Assembly: GCA_008080745.1 (NCBI GenBank)
Contig: SHMX01000014.1
Span: 1-14,597 of the forward strand
Length of the DNA stretch: 14,597 bases
Direction of reading: 5' to 3'
DNA from: Candidatus Thorarchaeota archaeon
GTDB taxonomy: Archaea; Asgardarchaeota; Thorarchaeia; Thorarchaeales; Thorarchaeaceae
Shown one piece after another: positions 1-7,692 of the stretch. The notes under the pieces are model-generated. The model ran no database searches. It was not told the DNA's origin and worked only from the letters and a program-made list of their open reading frames with translations. Numbering within the stretch: position 1 is the first letter of the stretch; every line of letters starts with the position of its first letter. The translations under genes and the position numbers were made by a program.

Positions 1-87
1 AACCAGAAGCTGCTGCGGGCCATCAATGATGCGTTGGGGGGGATCGAGGAGGACGGAACGCTGGAAACGCTCAAGATGCGATGGTTC
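1..87 (+). CDS. 3' end (5'-partial) of a probable polar amino-acid ABC transporter substrate-binding protein; no stop codon at the expected place
   Basis: Frame 1 reads NQKLLRAINDALGGIEEDGTLETLKMRWF, resembling the C-terminal signature of family-3 binding proteins (L...IN.AL..L..DGTL..L..KWF). After RWF the frame runs on into antisense leuS sequence. Confidence 0.5.
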
Positions 88-514
88 CGCCGCTCCTCGC
101 TCCCCGCGCGGTCCGACGCCCCAGGGCCTGCTGGCGGATTCGCTCTTCCGTCATATCCACCGGCACTGTCATCCGGTCCCGGACGCGACCGTCGACCTGG
201 ACCGCCAGGGTCACCTCCTCCTGGGCGATCAGCGCCTCGTCCCACGCCGGCCACCGCCGCTGGTGGACGCTGTAGTCGCCCCCCAGCCGTTCCCAGATCT
301 CCTCGGCCAGGTGGGGCGCGAAGGGGGCCAGCAGGAGGACGAAGGTGCGCACCGCCGCCGCCAGCTCCCCGGTCGCCCCGTGGGAGCGATGATGGTCGCC
401 CAGCTCGTTCAGCGCCTCCATCAGGGCCGCGATGGCGGTGTTGAACTTGAAGGCCTCGATCTCCCCGGTGACGCGACGGATCGTGCGATGGACCACCCGC
501 GACAGATCGCCGGC
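71..514 (-). pseudogene. leuS: Fragment of leucyl-tRNA synthetase (anticodon-binding and C-terminal region), truncated at both ends
   Basis: Motifs VHRTIRRVT..IE.FKFNTAIAALME.LN, LLLAPFAPHLAEEIW and WP......EEVTLAVQVDGRVRD are typical LeuRS C-terminal segments. There is no catalytic domain upstream (it is replaced by the duplicated amidohydrolase 5' end), and the terminal VIYVP..LVNIV-type segment is missing. Confidence 0.85.
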
Positions 515-999
515 CCCATCTCCCGGCCGAAACCATAGGCCTCGAAGGTCTGGACGATGAGATCCTCCTGCCCGGGAGAGCTCTCTCCATCCATCGTGCC
601 CAGCGCGATGGCGAACTCTCGCTCGTCACGGACACCGTGGAGGTCGAGCACGAAACGAATCCCATACCCCTCTACGACGGACCGGATCAGATCCCGATAG
701 GGCGCCCGGGGATCGGCGTTGGGATCGGTGCGAGACCTGCGGCGAGCGACGACGGCGTGGGCACCCGCCAGCTCGGCCACCAGGGGGGCCATCCCGGCGG
801 TGTACTCGTCCTCCTCCTTCTTCTCCCCATCGCGCATATGGGTGGCGCCGTGGGGCGCGGAGACGAGGACGGGCACGCTGCCGGAAACGTGGAGGAACTC
901 GGGCTCATCCCCCCTTGCCAGCCGGCGATAGCGGACGTCGGCCTCGAGGCCGACGAGGCTCTCGATCAAGCTGGACGCGTGGGGAATCCTTCTCTCCAT
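515..999 (-). pseudogene. 3'-truncated duplicate of the N-formylglutamate-amidohydrolase-like gene at 9488..10213
   Basis: Near-identical to the intact copy up to ...AYGFGREMGPA. It then reads out of frame into the leuS fragment to a stop at 421 and lacks the C-terminal QVEL motif. Confidence 0.85.
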
Positions 1000-1005
1000 G
1001 AAGGG

Positions 1006-1034
1006 AGTATAGCACACGGGGGTCTGGGGCACAA
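1006..1034 (-). promoter_or_regulatory. Sigma70-type promoter (duplicated copy), probably leaderless
   Basis: TTGTGC-N17-TATACT with an extended -10 TG, 6 nt upstream of the ATG at 999; no Shine-Dalgarno. Confidence 0.55.
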
Positions 1035-1056
1035 AGGAATCTCTTGCGAGGCTCGC

Positions 1057-3399
1057 TCACCGCGAGCTGATCACCATCAGGTAGTGGGCGACGGTCTGTC
1101 CCGCGTCCATCAGGAGCTCGGGATCGAGGTGCTCGATGGTGTCGCCGGTGGTGCCGGAGAGATCGTCCCCGGGGCGGTAGATGGCCAACCCGGAGTAGGC
1201 CTCATCGCCCCGCCCCCAACCGGTGTTGAAGGCGAACTCCCAGCCGGGCAACGGCTCGGCATCGACGCGGAAGCGGCGGGCGCTCTGGTCGAAGGCGCGG
1301 GCCAGGCCAGCGCCCTCCTCGTGCCGGTAGAGGGCCTCCTCGCCGGCCGCCAGACCCACCAGGTCGACCTCGGTCCACGTATCCTCGATCCGCTCGATCA
1401 CCGGCGGGTGATTGACCAGGTAGCGGCCCCCGTCGACGTCGAGGGCGGCGAAGACCACCGTGCGCCCCGGCACGAAGCCGATCTCCTTCCACAGCCGGGC
1501 CACCTCCATCATCACCGCCACGCCGCTGGCGTTCTCGTCGGCGCCGGGGAAGATGGCGCCATCGTGGGGCATGGGCCCCCAGTAGGGTGCGGTGACCAGG
1601 ATCCGGTCGCCCTCGGTGGTCTGGTCGGCGCCGGGGATGTAGCCGACGACGTTGACCGCATCGACCTCCTCGTACTGAAGTCCGGCCTCGACGCTGACCG
1701 TGACCCCCGTGTCGATCCGCATCTCCTCCCCCGTCTCCAGGTCGGCCATCAGCTCATCCAGATCGAGCCCCACGGCAGAGAGAAGCTGCCGGGCAGCCGT
1801 CTCGCCGATGAGCAGATCGGGCCGGCTACGCATATTGCTGTCGGGATCGAACGAGAGACCGCCAAAGGGACCCATCCAGATGGGGGCGACATCGGCGCGC
1901 CAGAGTTCATCATCGGGCACCATGATCAACAGGACCGCGTTGTCGGCGCCGGCGTAATGGCGAACGTAGCCGCTGTCCTCCGGGCGGAGGGCGAGCACGA
2001 CCTTTTCCACCGGCCGTTCGCGATCCAGATTCCCCATGATGACCAGTTCCTCCTGCCGCGCATCCGTCCCCTGGAAATACCCCTGAGGGGAGAAGGAGAT
2101 CCCCTCGCCGAGTTGGAGCTGAGTCCCATCGTCATTGAGCACCGCGACGGCGGGTTCTCTGACGACCTGCCCCCGGACGCCGGTGTAGGCCTGGTAGTAG
2201 TTACCCCACGTCATCTCCGTCAGATCCGCCTGCTCGAACTGGGTGGCGATGTAGGCCGCAGCGGCGTGGCCACCGCCGGGGCCGGAAGGGCGACCTGCGA
2301 GCTCCGGGCGACTGAGATAGGCGACATCGTCCCAGGCCCGTTGGAGGTTGAAGTCCTGCGCCATCTTGGCATACTGGGACTCGATGCTGCTGCTGGCCAG
2401 CAGAGCCTGGGCGCCCCAAAGAACGAGGCCGATGACGATGAAGAACCGGAGCACGGACCAGCCGCTGGGGTGGAAACGCCCCTTTTCGATGAAGCGCTGC
2501 AGACCGTAACCGAAGAGGTTGAAGCCCAGAATGGCGACGAAGAAAGAGATCGCCGGGGCCAATGGAAGCCAGGGCATGGAGCGGAAGTAGGGCCAGGAGG
2601 TGCCGAGCATGGCGCCCCAGTCGGGCACCTCGAAGAAATGGACCACGTGCCCCATATCGACGGCGTCGTCGACGTAGATCCCACCGCCGCCGATGAAGAT
2701 GTGGACGAAGCCCAGCTCGCCCAGGATCAGAAGCACCCCGCCCATCTCCAGGGCCGCCAGCGCGAGGAGGGTAGCCAGCAGATTGGGGAGGACGTGTCGG
2801 CTGAGGATCTGGGGCGAGCTGAGGCCAATGGCACGAGAGGAGAGGACGAAGAGGCGATCGCGCAGGGTGAGGACGTTGCTACGCACGATCTGAGCCACCT
2901 CGCCCCACCCAACGAAGGAGAGGGCTATGATGAAGGCGATCTGCCCTCGCCGGATGCCGACGGCGAAGACGAGGAGGATGGCCAAGATCAGGGCCGGAAT
3001 GGCGGCCAGGAACTCGGTGACGGTGGTGACGGTGCGGTCGAAGAGAGAATGAGGCCACCAGCCGGCGAAAGTCCCCAGGATCAGACCCAGCAGAAGCCGG
3101 ATGGTCATGGCGACGAAAGCGATAATCAGGGTCTGGCGGGCGCCGTAGAGAAGCATCGAGAGCATATCGCGGCCCTGGTCGTCGGTGCCGAGCGGATACT
3201 CCTGGGAGGGAGGAAAGGGCGCACGCTGGAGTTCGCCGTCGATGGTCTGGATCCGATCCCGCCGAAACGGGTTATGTGGCGCCACCTCGGGTCCGATGAC
3301 GGCGAGGAGGACGAAGCACGCCACCAGCACGGTGCCGAAGATGAAGGATCGGTCCCGCACGGCGCGAGTCAGGCGTTGCCAGAGGGTCTGGGGTTTCAT
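1057..3399 (-). CDS. OppC/DppC-type peptide ABC transporter permease fused to a degenerate M28 peptidase-like extracellular domain (780 aa)
   Basis: N-terminal part: PLGTDDQGRDMLS.LLYGAR.TL, AIPALILAI, RAIG....I..RHVLPN and PDWGAML (OppC family), about 7 hydrophobic helices. C-terminal part: DVAYLS.PELAGR.SG, NVVGYIPG and GADENASGVAVMMEVAR (M28 family). GAGGAG Shine-Dalgarno 5 nt before the ATG. Confidence 0.85.
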   Translation of the reverse strand: MKPQTLWQRLTRAVRDRSFIFGTVLVACFVLLAVIGPEVAPHNPFRRDRIQTIDGELQRAPFPPSQEYPLGTDDQGRDMLSMLLYGARQTLIIAFVAMTIRLLLGLILGTFAGWWPHSLFDRTVTTVTEFLAAIPALILAILLVFAVGIRRGQIAFIIALSFVGWGEVAQIVRSNVLTLRDRLFVLSSRAIGLSSPQILSRHVLPNLLATLLALAALEMGGVLLILGELGFVHIFIGGGGIYVDDAVDMGHVVHFFEVPDWGAMLGTSWPYFRSMPWLPLAPAISFFVAILGFNLFGYGLQRFIEKGRFHPSGWSVLRFFIVIGLVLWGAQALLASSSIESQYAKMAQDFNLQRAWDDVAYLSRPELAGRPSGPGGGHAAAAYIATQFEQADLTEMTWGNYYQAYTGVRGQVVREPAVAVLNDDGTQLQLGEGISFSPQGYFQGTDARQEELVIMGNLDRERPVEKVVLALRPEDSGYVRHYAGADNAVLLIMVPDDELWRADVAPIWMGPFGGLSFDPDSNMRSRPDLLIGETAARQLLSAVGLDLDELMADLETGEEMRIDTGVTVSVEAGLQYEEVDAVNVVGYIPGADQTTEGDRILVTAPYWGPMPHDGAIFPGADENASGVAVMMEVARLWKEIGFVPGRTVVFAALDVDGGRYLVNHPPVIERIEDTWTEVDLVGLAAGEEALYRHEEGAGLARAFDQSARRFRVDAEPLPGWEFAFNTGWGRGDEAYSGLAIYRPGDDLSGTTGDTIEHLDPELLMDAGQTVAHYLMVISSR

Positions 3400-3419
3400 A
3401 GACGCTCCTCAAGATGGGA

Positions 3420-3440
3420 GCCCAGGCGGTCAGCCTGGGC
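3420..3440. other. GC-rich hairpin in the 5' leader of the permease gene
   Basis: GCCCAGGC-ggtca-GCCTGGGC is a perfect 8-bp stem. There is no U-tract, so it is not called a terminator. Confidence 0.4.
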
Positions 3441-3523
3441 ATTTGCTCCTACCTACTTATATATCCCGAACCGGCGTCCGACGTTCAAACCACGCGTGGA
3501 CTCGGTCCGCGGATGGCGTGGAG

Positions 3524-4432
3524 CTACTCGTCGAACACCCAGCGCAGGCCGTTCACGGCCGCCGGGCGAATGATATTGGCGTGTGTCAGAGCAGGATAGG
3601 GCTCACTGCGGAAGCGGAACCGGTCGTAGCCCCGGCCCTCCAGCCGCTCGGCGAGCTGCTGGTTGCTGGTGATGAACCGGGCCTCCTCGCGGCCGCCGAC
3701 GGTCATATAGAGCGCCACGTCAAGCTCGCCCTGGTCCTCAAGCCTCCGATAGAGCCTCAGCTCCTCGGTGAACAGATCAGCGTTGTTCTTGGTATAGTCG
3801 CCGCTGATGGCGACGAAGCGCGTAAACGGGGGTTTGTCTTCCCCAGTGTACTGGAAGAGAGCGTACATAGTGAAATACCCTCCGTCGGAGTGGCCGATCA
3901 GCGTCCCCCCGGCGGCGGTGTCTGCCAGATACTCCTCCTCCACCAGGGGAATCAACTCCTGGGTAAGGAAACGGTAGAAGAGGTCAGGATACCAGAGAAA
4001 GTCCGTATCCCGCCCGTTCCCCTCCTCGTAGCCGATGCCGACCAGGATCGACTCGGGAATGGATCCACCGTCGCCGAGCCCGGCCACGATCCCCGCGACG
4101 CCGTCGCCCTCCAGACGCCAGTGGGAGCCGTCGAAATACCAGTCGGCGTCGAGGAGGTAGATAACAGGGTACCGCTCCGAACCGGAGGATTCGTAGCTAG
4201 CAGGCAGGCTGACGTAGATCCGGTAGTTCGCGTGGGTACACTCGGAGCGGAGGGCAAAGGGCGATTCCGGCGGCGGTATCGGCGTGGGAGAAGCCGTCGC
4301 GGTGGGTGCCAGGGTCGCCAAAGGCGCCGGCGCCACGGTCACTGTGGGAGCCGGTGAAGCGGGATCAGCGCTGCAACCCACCAGAGAGACCCCGAGAATT
4401 ACAATCGACACGAAGATCCAAGAGACCTTCAC
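3524..4432 (-). CDS. Lipoprotein alpha/beta-hydrolase (IroE/BesA-like putative esterase), 302 aa
   Basis: GTG start with AGGAGGT Shine-Dalgarno 8 nt upstream. Lipobox LVG-C at residue 20, then a Pro/Thr/Ala linker. YRIYVSLP.SY, YPVIYLLDAD and nucleophile motif GHSDGG; H-containing C-terminal segment. Confidence 0.85.
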   Translation of the reverse strand: MKVSWIFVSIVILGVSLVGCSADPASPAPTVTVAPAPLATLAPTATASPTPIPPPESPFALRSECTHANYRIYVSLPASYESSGSERYPVIYLLDADWYFDGSHWRLEGDGVAGIVAGLGDGGSIPESILVGIGYEEGNGRDTDFLWYPDLFYRFLTQELIPLVEEEYLADTAAGGTLIGHSDGGYFTMYALFQYTGEDKPPFTRFVAISGDYTKNNADLFTEELRLYRRLEDQGELDVALYMTVGGREEARFITSNQQLAERLEGRGYDRFRFRSEPYPALTHANIIRPAAVNGLRWVFDE

Positions 4433-4465
4433 TGACCATCACCTCCTGCTACCGGTGTTCACTTG

Positions 4466-4798
4466 TCATAGCCGCCGGGAGCTGCCTGCGACGATGAGAG
4501 TCGCGAGCGACCGTACGGCCGATACCACCGACGACGAAGATCGAGCAAGCGCGTCGGTCGAGTAGGCCGAAGGCCGTATCGAGACCCGCGCGATGCCCGC
4601 ACGATCATTCAACCGACACGTGCCGGCCTTTGGGTACGATATTTGGGGCCTCGCGCCTTCTCGGATGTCCCTCGCGCAAACTGTCGAGCCCTGGTCGCGC
4701 CCTCCCATCCGAACCAGCCGGTGCGCCGCTGCCTCACGCAATATACGATTGATTCGCTCCGAAACGAGGATCGCCCTCGGATCCAGATCGTGCCACAT
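4466..4798 (-). CDS. Small hypothetical protein; C-terminal part derives from a REP-like element
   Basis: Ten-nt perfect anti-SD complement GGAGGTGATC directly upstream of the ATG. The N-terminus is helical and charged (ERINRILREAAAHRLVR). The 3' part runs through the repeat at 4540..4585. Confidence 0.45.
   Translation of the reverse strand: MWHDLDPRAILVSERINRILREAAAHRLVRMGGRDQGSTVCARDIREGARPQISYPKAGTCRLNDRAGIARVSIRPSAYSTDALARSSSSVVSAVRSLATLIVAGSSRRL
4540..4585. repeat. REP-like element, family A (CGGTCGAGT-hairpin-GTATCGAGAC)
   Basis: CGGTCGAGT-A-GGCC-GAA-GGCC-GTATCGAGAC at 4555..4585. Positions 4540..4565 are the exact reverse complement of 8322..8347. Confidence 0.75.
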
Positions 4799-4873
4799 AG
4801 GATCACCTCCCCGTTCCCTCCCCGCCCACGCTCACCAGGGAGATCAGCGTCAGGTTCCAGTCCCACAACCGGG

Positions 4874-5221
4874 TCAGAACCCCGCGCAGGCGGCCGGAGA
4901 TGGTTGCTGCGGCGACTGGAAGGAATACGGGACAACCTCGTCGACCCCTTCGTCGAGGGTCCGCAGCGCGGCAACGAGGTAGGCCAGAAAGAGGGCCACG
5001 TCGTTGTCCTCCCGGTCCAGCGAGAACCAGACCGCCGGCCAATCGAGGCCGGCGATCCATTCGCCCAGAAGCGTGGTCTTGCCATAGCCCGCGGGTGCGG
5101 AGACGAGCGTCAGCCGGACGTGACGGCTGGCGTCCAGGCGCTCGAGCAGACGTGGTCGAGAGACTAGCTCCGCCCGAACGGAGGGAAGATGAAGCTTGGT
5201 GCTCAGTAACGTGTCCACCAT
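4874..5221 (-). pseudogene. Truncated MalT-family (STAND/LuxR) transcriptional regulator, N-terminal 115 aa only
   Basis: LLSTKLHLP...LVSRPRLLERL, Walker A SAPAGYGKTTLL and WFSLDREDND...FLAYL.AAL. It stops before the Walker B (LVLDDYH-type) motif, and I found no continuation in the other frames. Confidence 0.85.
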
Positions 5222-5351
5222 TAACCCATCCCGAGGCTGGGGTTCCCGCGCCAGCTACCGGCTGCCGGAAGCCCGTTCTATGCCGGAGATGATACTATAC
5301 GATGCCGACTTGAGCAAGGGACGGCCGGATCTCTGTCTGCCGGTGAAAGCA

Positions 5352-6847
5352 CAGGAGCATAGGTTTAAAAACTGACAAAGTGCGGTATCCTGTAAGCAAG
5401 AGTGAAAGGATATCGCAACGATGGGAAACCCCAAGAAGAGCTGGTTCATCTTTCTAACAAACCGAGACGCAGTCATTGCCGCACTGAAACGCGGTGAATG
5501 CGATGGGATCCTGCCCGCAGCACGAGGATTCCTGGACGGATTCGCCGAATTTTGTCTGGAAGCGGGTGTGCTGGAGTGTTTCGAGGCCTTTCCCGATCCG
5601 AGAGCGCGGCGGAGCATCCCGATCTTCTTCTTCTGCAACACGTTGGTCTACCGGCCGTTGTTCCACCTGAAACGGCTGGCGCCGATTGCAGACGTGCTGT
5701 TCCGGTCGCCCTACATTCTTCGACAACTGGGATTCAATGGGCGACAGATTGAAGAAGGATTCTACCAAACGCCAGATAGCCAACGTCCATTCACGGCACA
5801 ATCGATTGGAGACTGCTTCGCCAAATCGGAGCCGGAAGACTTTCTGGTAAATCAGATGGACGTGCTGCGCAAGTTGAAGGACTATTGCCCAGGCGAGTTT
5901 CTGTCGGGGATGTGGGTGATGGACAGCGTCACCATCCACGTACCGCGAGGCGCTCATACTCCGGAGCAGGAATTCAAAGTGTGCGTTCTGGGTGTTTGGC
6001 AGGAGAGTACCGTGTGGCCCTTGTTGTGGGCATTTGTGCCCAGCACAGAGCACGAGACCACGGTGGGCCAGAAAGTGTTCGCCGCTGCTGAAGAGGTGTT
6101 GGGAGCCGGTACCATCCGCCATCTGTTGGTGGATCGCGGGTATTTGAACGGTCGCTGGGTAACTGAACTCCATGAACGAGGAACACGGGTGACCATCGGC
6201 GTGCGGAAAGATATGCTGATTATGGAAGAGCTGATGAACTGGGGGCTCTCGCCCAATGCCGAGTGGGATCCTGTAGACCCGCCGGAGATCCACCAAGATC
6301 CTAAGCCCCAGCGCGAGATCTTGGCCATCTCTCATCTGGAAGGGGAATGGTCCACGTGCGACGCTCCCTTGTCCGGTTGTCTCATTCGAGACACCTATCC
6401 GGGAGAAGTGAAGTACCAAGGTCTGGTCACCACGGCGCACGATATATCGGCCTGTGAGATCTTGGATGATAATGGCTGCCGATGGACACTCGAGGAAGTC
6501 TATATGACCCTGACCCGCTACTGGGAGCTTGATGACCTGCCTCCCTGTCGTCCGGGGATTGCCTACGCGATGGTTCATTTTGCTTTGCTTGCCTTTACTC
6601 TGCTCGGCTTCTATCAGCAAGAAACGGATATCGCCTCCGATACCAAGACCTGGAATGCTGGTCCGCCACCGATTCCTCTTCCCGAAAGCGAACTGGCGGT
6701 CTATGCTGGCCCCTATTTCGCACTTCTGCAGCCCAGCGAACTGGTCGAGATTGTCCTTGCCAATATCGACGCCTGGCAGGCTAACCGCAAGCAACTCATC
6801 CTTGCGCTCCGCATGTGCGAGGGCAATACCTAAAACCTATGCTCCTG
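5352..6847 (+). mobile_element. Insertion sequence of the IS4 superfamily (DDE_Tnp_1 type), 1,496 bp
   Basis: Perfect 15-bp terminal inverted repeats, CAGGAGCATAGGTTT (5352..5366) and AAACCTATGCTCCTG (6833..6847), enclose a single transposase ORF. The element is visibly less GC-rich than its flanks. No clear target-site duplication. Confidence 0.9.
5421..6833 (+). CDS. DDE transposase (IS4 superfamily), 470 aa
   Basis: Candidate catalytic triad D168 (VMDS), D238 (VDRGY) and E358 (RWTLEE). AAAGGA Shine-Dalgarno. The stop codon overlaps the right TIR. Confidence 0.9.
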   Translation: MGNPKKSWFIFLTNRDAVIAALKRGECDGILPAARGFLDGFAEFCLEAGVLECFEAFPDPRARRSIPIFFFCNTLVYRPLFHLKRLAPIADVLFRSPYILRQLGFNGRQIEEGFYQTPDSQRPFTAQSIGDCFAKSEPEDFLVNQMDVLRKLKDYCPGEFLSGMWVMDSVTIHVPRGAHTPEQEFKVCVLGVWQESTVWPLLWAFVPSTEHETTVGQKVFAAAEEVLGAGTIRHLLVDRGYLNGRWVTELHERGTRVTIGVRKDMLIMEELMNWGLSPNAEWDPVDPPEIHQDPKPQREILAISHLEGEWSTCDAPLSGCLIRDTYPGEVKYQGLVTTAHDISACEILDDNGCRWTLEEVYMTLTRYWELDDLPPCRPGIAYAMVHFALLAFTLLGFYQQETDIASDTKTWNAGPPPIPLPESELAVYAGPYFALLQPSELVEIVLANIDAWQANRKQLILALRMCEGNT

Positions 6848-6990
6848 ACAACCGGGCAATCGCATCTATGTCCATGACTGCTTGTCTTGTCTCGCCATGC
6901 AACCTAGTGGAGCTTTCAAACCTGTTTCAGCATCTGCTGGCGGTTGAAACCGTGCCAACATCTGCAAAGCCAACCTTCGTCGGCTCCTTG

Positions 6991-7044
6991 AAAGTCCCCG
7001 AAGGGGGACTTTGCAAGCATAGCCCGCGACTTCAGTCGCCGGGC
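6991..7044. repeat. Double-hairpin REP-like element
   Basis: AAAGTCCCC-GAAG-GGGGACTTT (9-bp stem) followed by GCCC-GCGAC-TTCA-GTCGC-C-GGGC. It resembles the CGACTTCAGTCG hairpins associated with HUH (IS200/RAYT-type) elements. Only one copy is in the window. Confidence 0.5.
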
Positions 7045-7147
7045 GGGGCTTGAAAACCGGCCGAAACCAGGAGACTCCTCGACATTCCGTAGTGCTCCCA
7101 GCGACAGATGCACTCGACAACTGGCCCAAGCTTTCCCCTCCCGGCAC

Positions 7148-7687
7148 TCAGATCGCCCGAGCCATCAGCAACTCGTCGTGGAAGACCCCCTCGTGGCGGA
7201 TGACCCGGGGCTCGACCCCGTAGACCGTGAAGCCGCACCGGGTGTAGCACCGGATCGCCCCGGCGTTCGAGGTCACAACGCCCAGCTTGACGATCACCAG
7301 GCCGAGGTCCCGCGCCCAGGCGACGCATCCCTCGATCAGTGCCCCGGCGACCCGGAGGCCGCGCCAGGCCGGCTGGACGTAGACACCCCACATCGTGCCA
7401 CTGTGGCCCGTCTTGGGCCACTTCCCGCGCGCCAAGCCCGTCATCCCGATCAGGCGCCCACCGGCCGCGGCGACGTAGATCACGCCCCGCTCCTGGGCCA
7501 CGTTCTCCGCTATGAGCTCGACCCACGCCGTGACCCCCCTCTCCTCCGTCAGCGCGGGATCGGCGGCGAAGGCCTGGGGATGGCGGGACAGGGCTTCCAG
7601 TCGTAGCTCGAACGCCGCGGCCGCATCCTGCGGCACGGCGGGGCGGATCGCGACCTCACCTCGGGATGTCGTCAGCTGACTGGGCAT
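7148..7687 (-). CDS. GNAT family N-acetyltransferase (179 aa)
   Basis: The real start is probably MPSQLTT at 7687, 5 nt after the DUF427 stop, not 7948. Motif A VYVQPAWRGLRVAGALI; V.TSN.GAIRCY.RCGF...G.EP; DELLM. Confidence 0.9.
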   Translation of the reverse strand: MPSQLTTSRGEVAIRPAVPQDAAAAFELRLEALSRHPQAFAADPALTEERGVTAWVELIAENVAQERGVIYVAAAGGRLIGMTGLARGKWPKTGHSGTMWGVYVQPAWRGLRVAGALIEGCVAWARDLGLVIVKLGVVTSNAGAIRCYTRCGFTVYGVEPRVIRHEGVFHDELLMARAI

Positions 7688-7692
7688 CGCCC

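Larger units (their letters stand above)
515..1063. repeat. 549-bp direct repeat, copy 1 (partner 9729..10277)
   Basis: Base-by-base alignment at a constant offset of 9,214 with no indels. Four substitutions at 555/9769, 578/9792, 1023/10237 and 1045/10259. Confidence 0.95.

Noticed and set aside
3451-3490. Promoter for the permease gene (TTGAAC ... TATATA/TATAAG, minus strand)
   Set aside because: The spacing is 19-21 nt rather than 16-18, which is too weak to call.
637-3573. 978-aa plus-strand ORF
   Set aside because: It is an antisense shadow of the permease-M28 and amidohydrolase genes, which is common in high-GC DNA. It has no recognisable motifs.
4800-4810. GGATCACCTCC, identical to the 16S rRNA 3' end
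   Set aside because: There is no other rRNA sequence around it. It is the Shine-Dalgarno of the minus-strand ORF at 4798.
4874-4876. TGA ending the MalT-type fragment as a second Sec codon
   Set aside because: Another in-frame TGA follows after 7 codons, there is no MalT similarity downstream, and I see no SECIS-like hairpin.
5454-6794. 446-aa minus-strand ORF inside the IS
   Set aside because: It is antisense to the transposase, which carries the DDE motifs. It has no motif or RBS support.
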